Of a stretch of 63,449 nt of DNA, positions 1 to 9,600 are shown one piece after another (the stretch's first letter is position 1; every line of letters starts with the position of its first letter). The notes beneath the pieces were generated by a model. That model saw only the letters and a program-made list of their open reading frames with translations, did not search any database and was not told where the DNA came from. Made by a program: the position numbers and the translations under genes. This DNA comes from a virus (lineage: Duplodnaviria > Caudoviricetes), in IMG/VR virus record IMGVR_UViG_3300009161_000047, positions 1 to 63,449 of that record; one strand, written 5' to 3'.

Positions 1-432
1 AAGTATGTTGAGATCACAAGTGATAACGATCTGACAAAGATCTTTTATTGTAATTCGGATTTGATTTCAACTCCTTCGAAACGCATTACTATGCCTTCGG
101 AAGACATTACTTTTCAAATATCCGATGACACACTGAAGAAGATTGCAAAGTCTGCATCTATTCTTGGGGTAGATGATCTTAAGATCTATTCTAGTGATAA
201 ATTTATCACTATTGAAGTTCTTGATAAGTCTAATTCATCGACTAATACTTGGGAGACAAAGACTTCTGGTGAATTCAATTCAGAATTTACAGTATTCATG
301 AAGATCTCAAATTTGAAATTGCTTGAAGGTGATTATAAGATCACTATTTCTAACAAGGGTCTATCATGCTTCAAGCATATGACTAATGATGTTCTGTATT
401 ATATTGCTGCTGAAGCTGACTCTAAGTTCTAA
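1..432 (+). CDS. 45: Sliding clamp gp45, C-terminal part (5' truncated by window edge)
   Basis: Frame is open from base 1. C-terminal 'KISNLKLLEGDYKITISNKG...YYIAAEADS' is typical of gp45. Lies directly upstream of gp44/gp62/regA as in T4. Confidence 0.9.
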   Translation, partial: KYVEITSDNDLTKIFYCNSDLISTPSKRITMPSEDITFQISDDTLKKIAKSASILGVDDLKIYSSDKFITIEVLDKSNSSTNTWETKTSGEFNSEFTVFMKISNLKLLEGDYKITISNKGLSCFKHMTNDVLYYIAAEADSKF

Positions 433-456
433 GAGTAAGACCTAGTTGAAATTGCC

Positions 457-487
457 AGACGGTATAGTGATGATTATACCGTCTTTT
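457..487 (+). terminator. Stem-loop followed by T-run between gp45 and gp44
   Basis: agacggtata-gtgatgat-tataccgtct followed by ttt. Confidence 0.5.
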
Positions 488-503
488 ACATTATGAGGAT
501 ATT

Positions 504-1448
504 ATGAATCGGAATACACTTTGGACAGAAAAATACAGACCACAGACTATTGATGATTGTGTTCTTACAGAAGATGTTAAGAAAGCATTCAAGAATTTTG
601 TGAAGAACAAAGATATTCCAAATCTTCTGTTAACTGGGAAACCTGGTATGGGAAAGACGACAATCGCAAAAGCAACTTGTAATGAACTTGGTTGCGACGT
701 TATGGTTATCAATGCATCTTCGGATGGTAATATTGATACCCTAAGGAACAAGATTCAAGTATTTGCTTCTTCTATTTCACTTTCTGGTGGTCAGAAGATT
801 GTGATTCTTGATGAAGCAGATTATATGTCATCCGCAGTGCAGCCTGCACTTAGAAACTTCATGGAAGAGTTCTCTAAGAATTGTCGGTTCATTCTGACTT
901 GTAATTACAAGAAGAAGATTATTGAACCACTTATTTCACGATTAACTGTATTTGAATTTTCGATTCCTTCTTCACAGAAATCTAAACTAGCTTCTTTGAT
1001 GATGAAGAGAATTCAAGGTATTCTTGAGAAGGAATCTGTAGAATACGACAAGAAAGTATTAGCAGAAATTATCATGAAATTCTTTCCTGATTTCAGAAAG
1101 ACTATTTCTGAGATTCAACGATATGTTATTTCAAATGGGCGAATTGATGTCGGGGCATTATCTTCTATTCAAGATGTTTCTATTCGTGAACTTATTGCTG
1201 CTCTTCGTGGTAAAGATTTTCCTGGGATGAGAAAGTGGGTAAACGAGAATCTAGATTCAGATGCTAGTTCGATTGTTCGATTAATTTTCGACAACCTTGA
1301 GAATCATTTAGAACCGTCATCTATTCCTACTGCTATTGTTATTCTTGCAGATTATTCTTATAAAGCAGCTTTCGTAGCCGATCAGGAAATTAATATCACA
1401 GCTATGTTTGTGAACATTATGGCAGAATGCTTATTCAAGAGGATCTAA
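504..1448 (+). CDS. 44: Clamp loader large subunit gp44 (RFC-like AAA+)
   Basis: LWTEKYRPQTIDD, Walker A GKPGMGKT, Walker B ILDEAD, FILTCN, SR motif. Confidence 0.97.
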   Translation: MNRNTLWTEKYRPQTIDDCVLTEDVKKAFKNFVKNKDIPNLLLTGKPGMGKTTIAKATCNELGCDVMVINASSDGNIDTLRNKIQVFASSISLSGGQKIVILDEADYMSSAVQPALRNFMEEFSKNCRFILTCNYKKKIIEPLISRLTVFEFSIPSSQKSKLASLMMKRIQGILEKESVEYDKKVLAEIIMKFFPDFRKTISEIQRYVISNGRIDVGALSSIQDVSIRELIAALRGKDFPGMRKWVNENLDSDASSIVRLIFDNLENHLEPSSIPTAIVILADYSYKAAFVADQEINITAMFVNIMAECLFKRI

Positions 1449-1449
1449 C

Positions 1450-1863
1450 ATGCCCAAACTTGGTGATATTCTAAATTCAATTAATCTCACTAAAGACGCA
1501 GATCTGATTGATGAATACAATAAATCAGATTACGTTCCATTTCTAATTAATAGAGGACTGTCTTTCTATCCAGAAACAATCTTACACGCCAATTTCCTAA
1601 ATTCAAATTGTCATTTAGATCGAATTCTACAATATAAATATTATTTGTCGGCGATCAAGAAGAAGAAAAGATTCTCAAAGTGGTTGAAAAATTGTAAACC
1701 ATCAGAGGATATTTTGATTATATCTAAATATTACAATATATCTGTTAATAAAGTGAAAGAGATATCTGATATGATTACTTCTGAAGATCTGGACAATATG
1801 CGAAAATATCTAGATATTGGTGGATCTAAAGGGTCATCCAAAAAAGGAAACGTTGATGAATGA
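1450..1863 (+). CDS. 62: Clamp loader small subunit gp62
   Basis: 'YVPFLINRGLS', 'KKKRFSKW' motifs; synteny 45-44-62-regA. Confidence 0.92.
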   Translation: MPKLGDILNSINLTKDADLIDEYNKSDYVPFLINRGLSFYPETILHANFLNSNCHLDRILQYKYYLSAIKKKKRFSKWLKNCKPSEDILIISKYYNISVNKVKEISDMITSEDLDNMRKYLDIGGSKGSSKKGNVDE

Positions 1864-2317
1864 CAGAATTACAAATTGGGTTGAGACATTTATAGAAGTC
1901 ATATTAGATAATCAAGAAGCTTTTTTACTTTGTAAAGAAACTCTAACAAGAATTGGAATTTCTTCTAATAAAGATAGAAAATTATATCAATCTTGTCATA
2001 TTTTACATAAGAAGGGAAGATATTATCTTGTCCACTTTAAAGAATTATTTACACTAGATAATAGAGCTTCTGGTCTTGATGAAGAAGATACATCAAGAAG
2101 AAATACTATCGCGAAGTTGCTTCATGAATGGGGTCTCTTTTCTATTATTGGGGCAGAATATGTTGGTGAGGATGTTGAGACTGGAAAGAAGATCTATCGA
2201 TATCCAGAGAAGATGACTGTATTTTGTCCTTTGAATAAAATCAAGATAATCACACATGCTGATAAAGATAACTGGGATTTAGTTTCGAAATATACAATTG
2301 GGAAAAAAATATTTTAA
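1856..2317 (+). CDS. regA: Translational repressor RegA
   Basis: 'FLLCKETLTRIGI...KLYQSCHILHKKGRYYLVHFKELF..LD' is the RegA signature. ATG at 1856 follows an AGGA RBS and overlaps the gp62 end. Confidence 0.95.
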   Translation: MNDRITNWVETFIEVILDNQEAFLLCKETLTRIGISSNKDRKLYQSCHILHKKGRYYLVHFKELFTLDNRASGLDEEDTSRRNTIAKLLHEWGLFSIIGAEYVGEDVETGKKIYRYPEKMTVFCPLNKIKIITHADKDNWDLVSKYTIGKKIF

Positions 2318-2335
2318 GGGAGGCTTAAGCCTCCC
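2318..2335. terminator. Bidirectional terminator hairpin between convergent genes
   Basis: Perfect palindrome gggaggcttaagcctccc between the regA stop and the stop of the converging 439-aa ORF. Confidence 0.75.
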
Positions 2336-2343
2336 ATCTTATT

Positions 2344-3663
2344 TTATTTCGATTTTATCACATACCCAATTTTTCCATCAACACGATCGGTCTTATATCT
2401 TGTTGCAGATTCAATAAAAACATTTGTTACAGCATCACTGGGCCACACGGTGTTAAATTTCTCAAATACAATCTCATCAACCCCAGCTTTTGTTGCTTTC
2501 CTTGCTTGTGTATAAATTTGAATTGTATTTCCGTTTAATAGAATAGAAGCAAATCTACTGAATTTAATAACTTGATTATCTTTATTAATATATTCACAAA
2601 CTGATTTTGCAATACCAGCAAGTACATGATAAAATACTGGTGGTGTTTTACCCGAACCAGGTTTAATCGTATCTCGAAGCTTAATCAGATTTGTTGTTAA
2701 TTTTAGATTCGGATTTCCTTTCAACTTTTCTACTAATTCTTTTTCTGTTTCAGTGAATTCGAATAATTTTTTCTTAGCTAATAGTATTGCAATTTCCAGC
2801 GGCGCAGTTTCTGCACCACTTTCGGCAATAATTTGGCTAATATCGATTGCTAATTTGAAATCTTTGAAAATATCTTTATCTTTGAAATTTTTATATAGAG
2901 TATATAAATTTGTTACACTAGCTGCTGCGGATTTAGCAGCCGAACCAAACTTAGAAGAAATGTTGATTTGCGAAACACCAGAAGTTAGATAAGAATCATA
3001 AAGTCCTTGTGTTACACCCTTCGGAAAATTAATCTTAAACTTTGATAGATCGTCAGTTCCTGTTATCGCTTTAATACCATCTTTAGCATTACCACCATAG
3101 CTTTTTCCGCCTTTGATTAATGCAATAGGTTGTAATATCTCAGCAAAATAATTTGTGATAGCAGTTTCGGATAAATCACCAATAACAACAGATATTGGAT
3201 AATCACCAGCGATCGCTTGTTTGGTTGCTGTATATAGAGGTGAAACCTCACCGAATGCCTTCCCAACTTGTTCTAAAATATTTTCCATTGACAAATTTTC
3301 GAAATTATCTAGAAATTCAGATGGTTTCAAACCAGATTTTTCTTTATCTGTTGCTTTGGATTTATAGTTAAAATAGTTTGGATTTGAATTATCCCATTTA
3401 GTAGTTTTCGGTTTAATATATTTAATAAATCTTACAATTTTACCAGATTCTCCTTTAAAACTAACAACACCTACTCCTGTCAGATTAGATAACGGTTTGT
3501 TGACAGGAGTAGCATCAGAGATATTTCCTGCATCTTTTAGAGTATCAAAAAATTCTACTTTCTGGAATATGAGAGATTTTCCATCTTTATCTACGAAAGT
3601 TTCACCTGTTTTTCGACCGGTTAATCCCTGTGATTCTGTTAAATATTCAATAAAAGATAACAT
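2344..3663 (-). CDS. Hypothetical protein, probable internal head protein with possible PD-(D/E)xK-like nuclease fold
   Basis: N-terminus MLSFIEYLTE resembles the T4 capsid-targeting sequence. Contains an E..(FP)..D..ISSK motif (FAEIL...INFPK...LYDSY...INISSK). Confidence 0.5.
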   Translation of the reverse strand: MLSFIEYLTESQGLTGRKTGETFVDKDGKSLIFQKVEFFDTLKDAGNISDATPVNKPLSNLTGVGVVSFKGESGKIVRFIKYIKPKTTKWDNSNPNYFNYKSKATDKEKSGLKPSEFLDNFENLSMENILEQVGKAFGEVSPLYTATKQAIAGDYPISVVIGDLSETAITNYFAEILQPIALIKGGKSYGGNAKDGIKAITGTDDLSKFKINFPKGVTQGLYDSYLTSGVSQINISSKFGSAAKSAAASVTNLYTLYKNFKDKDIFKDFKLAIDISQIIAESGAETAPLEIAILLAKKKLFEFTETEKELVEKLKGNPNLKLTTNLIKLRDTIKPGSGKTPPVFYHVLAGIAKSVCEYINKDNQVIKFSRFASILLNGNTIQIYTQARKATKAGVDEIVFEKFNTVWPSDAVTNVFIESATRYKTDRVDGKIGYVIKSK

Positions 3664-4181
3664 TAAATTGCCTCCAGTTTATAATAGGAATAGTTTAGAG
3701 TAACATCCGTGGTTATTGGTGTAACGTCTGTGACAGATGCATCATACTGCAAGGGCGATAGGGCAGTTGGGTATACGTCAACGAACGTCACTTTTGCAAT
3801 GGGATTTTGTTTGTTTGATAAAATGAACAGTGTAGCATCACTGTATATATTAACCCTGTTTGAATTATTTGGTGAGGATCTTGCAATTGATTTATAGGAA
3901 TCTAGAGATTGTGGGTGTCCGATCCCAAACATCCAGTTATATATTTCGATGTAATTTGCAAGATTTTCTTGAACAATAAAATTCAAGGTAAGTGGATCGA
4001 AAGTTAATTTATCACCTGGTAATCGAAGATCCAATAATGGAGTTGGTTGAATTATTTCCCCAAGAGATACACCAGGGATATTGACACTATAAGACAAATA
4101 TTCAACATTTGGAAATTTGTTAAAAATTAATCGAAAAAGAGCTGGATTTGTTTGATCGAAACTTGCCGGATTAAATGCCAT
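3663..4181 (-). CDS. 3: Tail tube terminator / tail completion protein gp3
   Basis: 'FRLIFNKFPNVEY...VNIPGVSLG...PGDKLTFDPL...F.V.ENL.NY.EIYNW...YSDATL.ILSN' matches T4-like gp3. Confidence 0.85.
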   Translation of the reverse strand: MAFNPASFDQTNPALFRLIFNKFPNVEYLSYSVNIPGVSLGEIIQPTPLLDLRLPGDKLTFDPLTLNFIVQENLANYIEIYNWMFGIGHPQSLDSYKSIARSSPNNSNRVNIYSDATLFILSNKQNPIAKVTFVDVYPTALSPLQYDASVTDVTPITTDVTLNYSYYKLEAI

Positions 4182-4443
4182 CTGATTCCTGTATATCTAT
4201 TTTTAGATTTGTAGTTCCTCGCCATAATCTATGATAGACCATTTTAGGAACGATTAGTTCTGTTCCTTTTATTAATTCTACTGGCATGGCATTGTCGAAT
4301 TGAATCATCCATCCTACACCTTCTATAATATTTATCTTTCTATCTTTCTTATCTCTATGCCATATTAATTCTGTAGTTTCGACATCTTTAGAGAATTCTC
4401 TTCTGAAAGAGTTTTCCGTTGTTTTTTGTTGTTTGTATGTCAT
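4171..4443 (-). CDS. Small cupin-like conserved phage protein
   Basis: 'ELIWHRD...GWMIQFDN.MP.EL....IVPKMVYHRL' cupin-like His pattern. Confidence 0.6.
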   Translation of the reverse strand: MTYKQQKTTENSFRREFSKDVETTELIWHRDKKDRKINIIEGVGWMIQFDNAMPVELIKGTELIVPKMVYHRLWRGTTNLKIDIQESDGI

Positions 4444-4448
4444 AATCC

Positions 4449-5573
4449 TTACCAGAAAAATTTACCGCCACCTTTCAGTCCAAGTTGTTTAGTGAAATAT
4501 GGAAGTCTACACGACCAATACCCAGGCTTTGTTTTATCTGTTTTCTCTGCGCAACGATGTCTTGCAGCAAATGATTTTCTAGCAGCAGGATTATTTATCT
4601 TTGCATTTAACCCAGTGGTATCACCAAACTGGACTTTGATTACATTACCTTTATCGTTTTTAACATAGACGTAGAATTTCTTAGATCCACCACGTTTTGG
4701 TGAATTTAATTCTAATTCTTCAGTATCTTCTTCTAGAGGGAGATCCAGAGGAACAGATTGTTCTTTTATCTTAACTATCTTTGCTTCTGGTGTAACCAAA
4801 TTCGCTTCGAATTCTACGTCCGGAAATTCTTTTGACAGTTGTAGAAATTTTGTGAGATTAGATATCGCATCGTCGATTAATCTCACACGAGAATATTTCT
4901 CTGTATTGAGGAATCTTCTTATATATCTTGATTTTTTCTCTGCAGAGGATGCGTCGTCAGTTTCGTTTCCTGCTCTATATATATGAACATCGTTTTCTAT
5001 ATCTATTCCATAACTTGCAAACTTTTTGATAATTGGATTTTTATCATCAAAGTCAGCTCTTGCTGTTAAGATAATGACATCAGATCCAACTCGTTTAGCA
5101 TTAGCTAATATTGCTTTTAATTTAGCTATTAGTGGTCTTATTGGTTGTGATTCTTTTTCAAATTTATTCGCATTTTTAAATTCAGAAAAATCAAAAGATT
5201 CACCTGGCTCCAAAGAATAAGAATTGAATTCTTGATTTGTAAGTGTTTTAATTTTCTTTCCGTCTTTCATTACACCAATAATAGCTGTTGTATGAAATAG
5301 TGTATCATCTATATCAAAAATTGTTAAACCAGATTTAGATTCTTCTGTTATTTCTAGTTCTTCACAATATATCCCAAAAGATCCAATATCAGAATCAAGA
5401 ATCCAGTTTTCTATCTCAGAAAGATTCAATGTATTTCTTACTTTTCGTGCTTCAGCTATAAGATCCATATGCCCTTTCGAACCCCACCGAAAGATACACT
5501 CGTTTAGTGGGATATTCTTGGAAATGTGATAATCTAGCGAATTTTCTGAAATAAAAGTCTTGAATGAGTGCAT
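4449..5573 (-). CDS. Conserved T4-like virion-associated protein carrying an inserted HAD phosphatase domain
   Basis: HAD motifs FDIDDTLF, ILTAR, K, LIDD. Conserved phage C-terminus 'PKRGGSKKFYVYVKN...FGD...ARKSFAARH.C...PGYWSC'. Start placed at ATG 5573, downstream of a late promoter. Confidence 0.65.
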   Translation of the reverse strand: MHSFKTFISENSLDYHISKNIPLNECIFRWGSKGHMDLIAEARKVRNTLNLSEIENWILDSDIGSFGIYCEELEITEESKSGLTIFDIDDTLFHTTAIIGVMKDGKKIKTLTNQEFNSYSLEPGESFDFSEFKNANKFEKESQPIRPLIAKLKAILANAKRVGSDVIILTARADFDDKNPIIKKFASYGIDIENDVHIYRAGNETDDASSAEKKSRYIRRFLNTEKYSRVRLIDDAISNLTKFLQLSKEFPDVEFEANLVTPEAKIVKIKEQSVPLDLPLEEDTEELELNSPKRGGSKKFYVYVKNDKGNVIKVQFGDTTGLNAKINNPAARKSFAARHRCAEKTDKTKPGYWSCRLPYFTKQLGLKGGGKFFW

Positions 5574-5578
5574 AGTCA

Positions 5579-5590
5579 TATTTATAAATA
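5579..5590. promoter_or_regulatory. Palindromic bidirectional T4 late promoter (TATAAATA on both strands)
   Basis: TATTTATAAATA is self-complementary and sits between divergent ATGs at 5573 and 5597. Confidence 0.75.
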
Positions 5591-5596
5591 TTGTTT

Positions 5597-6010
5597 ATGT
5601 GGATCTATCAAGAAAAAGAATTCCTAGAAGCTAGTCCAGACGATTTTGGATTCATTTATTTGATTACTAACAAAATTAATAAAAGGAAATATATTGGTAA
5701 GAAACAATTCTGGTCACATAGAACCAAAAAAGTGAAGGGTAAGAAGAACAAGAAACATTATATTATTGAATCCAATTGGAAAACTTATTGGGGATCTTGT
5801 GAAGAATTAACCGAAGATATCAAAATTTTCACTGAAGAATTCTTTACACGAGAAATAATCAAAATTTGTAAGACAAAAGGCGAATTAACATTCTCTGAAG
5901 TCGAGGCACAAATAAAGATGGACGTGTTAACATCCATCTTTGAAGGATCTAAGACGAGAGAATTCTATAACGGTAATATTATGAATCGATGGTTTGTTAA
6001 ATTAAATTGA
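5597..6010 (+). CDS. GIY-YIG endonuclease (EndoII/Seg-like, catalytic domain only)
   Basis: 'GFIYLITNKINKRKYIGKK...ESNWKTYWGS...F.REI...E...FYN.NI'. Confidence 0.85.
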   Translation: MWIYQEKEFLEASPDDFGFIYLITNKINKRKYIGKKQFWSHRTKKVKGKKNKKHYIIESNWKTYWGSCEELTEDIKIFTEEFFTREIIKICKTKGELTFSEVEAQIKMDVLTSIFEGSKTREFYNGNIMNRWFVKLN

Positions 6011-6017
6011 AAGGTAT

Positions 6018-6650
6018 TTAAGAAACTCTTAAAATGTTGACCAACATATAAAAACTGGGGAGACCTGGATACGTAGATGTAGATCCAGTATGACGGATGT
6101 CTATAATATTTGATCCGCTACTCAATGAAATTGTACTCAATTTATCTTTATTGATTGTTTGATTAACTCCTGCAATATTACTGTCAGCAGTTATATATAT
6201 ATTATTCGCATAAAGATAATAAGTAACAGTATTCTCGGACGAGCCTCCACTTACAGGATAAAAAGCACCAATTTTATATGTCCCAGCAGGAATATTCGAT
6301 ATTACATATCTATGTTCCCTTCCCGCCGCATAATTATTTCCATTTTCATCTGTTCCGTATCCAGTAGAATTATTTAAATTTAATGAGAATATTTTACCAA
6401 TACTATTGAATATTGTTGAACCATTAGTATTAGTTGAAATCTTAGTAGAGAGATTAAAATAATCTGAATTAGGTTGTACTGTATCATCAAATGTACTTGG
6501 TGTCACGAATGCTTGGTTGTAAAAAAATTTCAATGATCTCTGGGTACTCGCAGGTCTGGTAAGTAAGAATGGTTTAACAACTGAAGCAGACGCTCGTGTA
6601 AATGTTACAACATCAAAAAGTGAAATTTGTCCACTAGACTGTAGTGCCAT
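6018..6650 (-). CDS. Tail fibre-associated virion protein
   Basis: MALQSSGQISL N-terminus is common in proteins downstream of chaperone-bearing fibres; beta-rich; overlaps the fibre stop. Confidence 0.6.
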   Translation of the reverse strand: MALQSSGQISLFDVVTFTRASASVVKPFLLTRPASTQRSLKFFYNQAFVTPSTFDDTVQPNSDYFNLSTKISTNTNGSTIFNSIGKIFSLNLNNSTGYGTDENGNNYAAGREHRYVISNIPAGTYKIGAFYPVSGGSSENTVTYYLYANNIYITADSNIAGVNQTINKDKLSTISLSSGSNIIDIRHTGSTSTYPGLPSFYMLVNILRVS

Positions 6651-9600
6651 ATATTGTCTCCATTTTAGTGTTTAATTCTTTAATTGCTTCTACTAACATA
6701 GCAATCATCTGACCATAATCAATACCTTTCATTCCTTCTTTATTTCTTGAAACAACTTCTGGGATAATCTTCTCAACATCTTGAGCCATTAGACCAATTG
6801 ATCTGTGATTCACACCAATCTTGTTATAAGAATAACCTTTTAGATTTTTAACTTTATCAAGAGCGTTTGATAATTCTGATATATTCTCTTTAATTCTTAT
6901 GTCTGATCCAGCATAAACATCGCCTGTTGCGTAAACATCTCCATTTACATATAATCTATAAGAAGCATTTGCTGAGGCATTAATTCCTAAGAAGGAGAAA
7001 TTTGGTGAATTTGTCGTACTGAGACTTTGATTTGGGATTGTAAACCCTGTTAAACTAGAGGCAGTTGTAGCGGTAGCTGCATTACCAGAACATGATGTTG
7101 AGCTTCCATTAATATTAGCGGAAATTGTACTGTTAACAGTTAATCCAGCAAATGTCGGTGAATTTGCTGTACCAAGACTTTGATTAATTGTATATTGTGT
7201 TATATTATATGCGGATCCATTGATATTAGCGGAAATTGTACTGTTAACAGTTAATCCAGCAAATGTCGGTGAATTTGCTGTACCAAGACTTTGATTTGGG
7301 GTTGCAAACCCTGATAAATTAGTGGCAGTTGTAGCAGTAGCAGAATTGCCAGAACATGCTGCCGCAGTTGTAGCAGTAGCAGAATTGCCAGAACATGCTG
7401 CCGCAGTTGTAGCAGTAGCAGAATTGCCAGAACATGCTGCCGCAGTTGTAGCAGTAGTTGCATTTCCAGATAGAGAAGCTGTAATTGTTCCTGCCGTGAA
7501 GTTTCCAGATCCGTCTCTGGCCACAATAGCTGACCCAGTATTTGCGTTAGTTGCAGTTGTAGCAGAATTTGGAATAGATGTCAATGATGCACCTGAACCA
7601 GAGAATGATGTAGCAGTAACTGTGCTGTTGAATGTTGCAGCGCCAGTAACCCGTAGATTACCCGCAACATCTAATTTATATTGAGGATCTGTGGTCCCGA
7701 TGCCCACATTGCCGCCGAAGGGCATGAGGTTAAAGTTACCAGCAGAAGTTCCGGCCTGATCGACGACCTGCATGGAAGGATTACTACCAGACATGAATGT
7801 GGTGAGCAGCCACCCTGATGAAACTAATGTCTGGATCGAAGTAACAGCGAGTGATCTAGCAGTAGCCAAGGTAGTTACTTGTACACTCCCCGTATTCAGA
7901 ACGCTGAGAACGCCCGGATTACTCGATCCTGCGATGCGAACATTTCCATCAGCTGTTATTGTGATTCTTTCTGTGTTATTTGTGTATAAAGCAACAGGAT
8001 GATTTGTTGTTGTCCCAATACCAAGACTAGTCCCTCCGGTATTATAGAAAACACCCTTCAGAGTATTAGTAGTATCTGATACAGTAATCCCATCATTTGA
8101 AACTACAGATACATGTAGCTTAGATAACGGACTTGCTGTCCCGATACCGACATAAGAGTTGGTTGCTATGTTTGCCAAAGCAATATGACGATTTGCAACA
8201 CCCTGAGATATAGCATTAATAGAAAAATATGGAGTGGCAGCAGAAGCATTAAATGCTAAGAAAGCTCCCTGCCCAGGACTAGCAACGTCACCATTACCTA
8301 TATGTAGAGTAGTGTCTGTAGTCGTGCCGCCCGCATATATTTTAGCATTACCTAATACGTCTAGTTTATGAGCAGGACTGACAGTTCCTATACCAACATT
8401 ACTAGCTACAGTTAATCCACCGGTTGCTGTAATTGTTCCTGCCGTGAAGTTTCCAGATGCGTCTCTGAGAACAATTGTACCGACAGTCGATGTACTTGCA
8501 GTGATCGTCGCCGAATTAGCTTGATTTGTAATAGTTGCAGCATTACCGTTGATATTAGCAACAATTGTACTATTAACAGTTAATCCAGCAAATGTTGGTG
8601 AATTTGCTGTACCAACATTTTGATTGATTGTATACTGTGTTATATTAGTAGCAGTAGATGCATTACCAGATAGAGAAGCTGTAATTGTTCCTGCCGTGAA
8701 GTTTCCAGATCCGTCTCTGAGAACAATTTGATTTCCTACGTTAGAAGAAGTTGCAGTGATAGTTGCTGAATTAGCTTGACCTGTTATAGTTCCTGCATTA
8801 CCTGTTGTTGAATCGGAAATTCGAGCAGAATCGACTCTCACACCGAATGTACTGCCGCCATTCCAACCCATAAGCGTTGGATACGTGGCGATCCAGGCGG
8901 TGGCTGCGTTTGTATTGTTGACTGCACTTCCTGAGGGAGAAGTGGCATTGGAAGCATCAAAGATAACATGAGAATTCCCATAATTCTTCCAAGCCAATAA
9001 TCCAACTACTGCACTGATTGTTCCATTAGTAGCCCAGGTGTCTCTGGTCGTTGAAAGATTAACTGCATTTGTAGCAGTCGCCGCATTTCCGGTTACATTA
9101 ATGTCCCAAGTCCCAGAGGCTCCAGATCCTGTTGTGTTTACTAGTGTACCAGAACCAGGTAATGTTAAATTTGCCAGATTAGTTGCAGTTGTAGCAGTAG
9201 TTGCATTACCAGTAAGATTACTCGAAATATTTGTAACAGTTAATCTTGTACCATCGAAAGTCATATTTGGAGAACCTGCTAGGGCTCCTGCATTATTGTA
9301 TTGCACTTGAGTGTTGGATCCACCAACAGTCGCAACTGTTATCGAACCACCAAGAGAAACTGCAGATCCATTTATAGTGATTGTAGAATTTGATAATTTA
9401 GCATTAGAGATGGAACCTGCTAACATAGTATCAGTTACCACACCGGATCCAATCACTGTTGTTAGAGCAACATTAGCAGATCCATTGAACCCGACTGCAG
9501 TTGCAGTAACATTACCTGTTAACGAGAAGGTTCTTGAAGTCTGTAAAGTTGTGGCAGTAGTTGCATTACCAGATAGAGAAGCTGTAATGGTTCCTGCACT

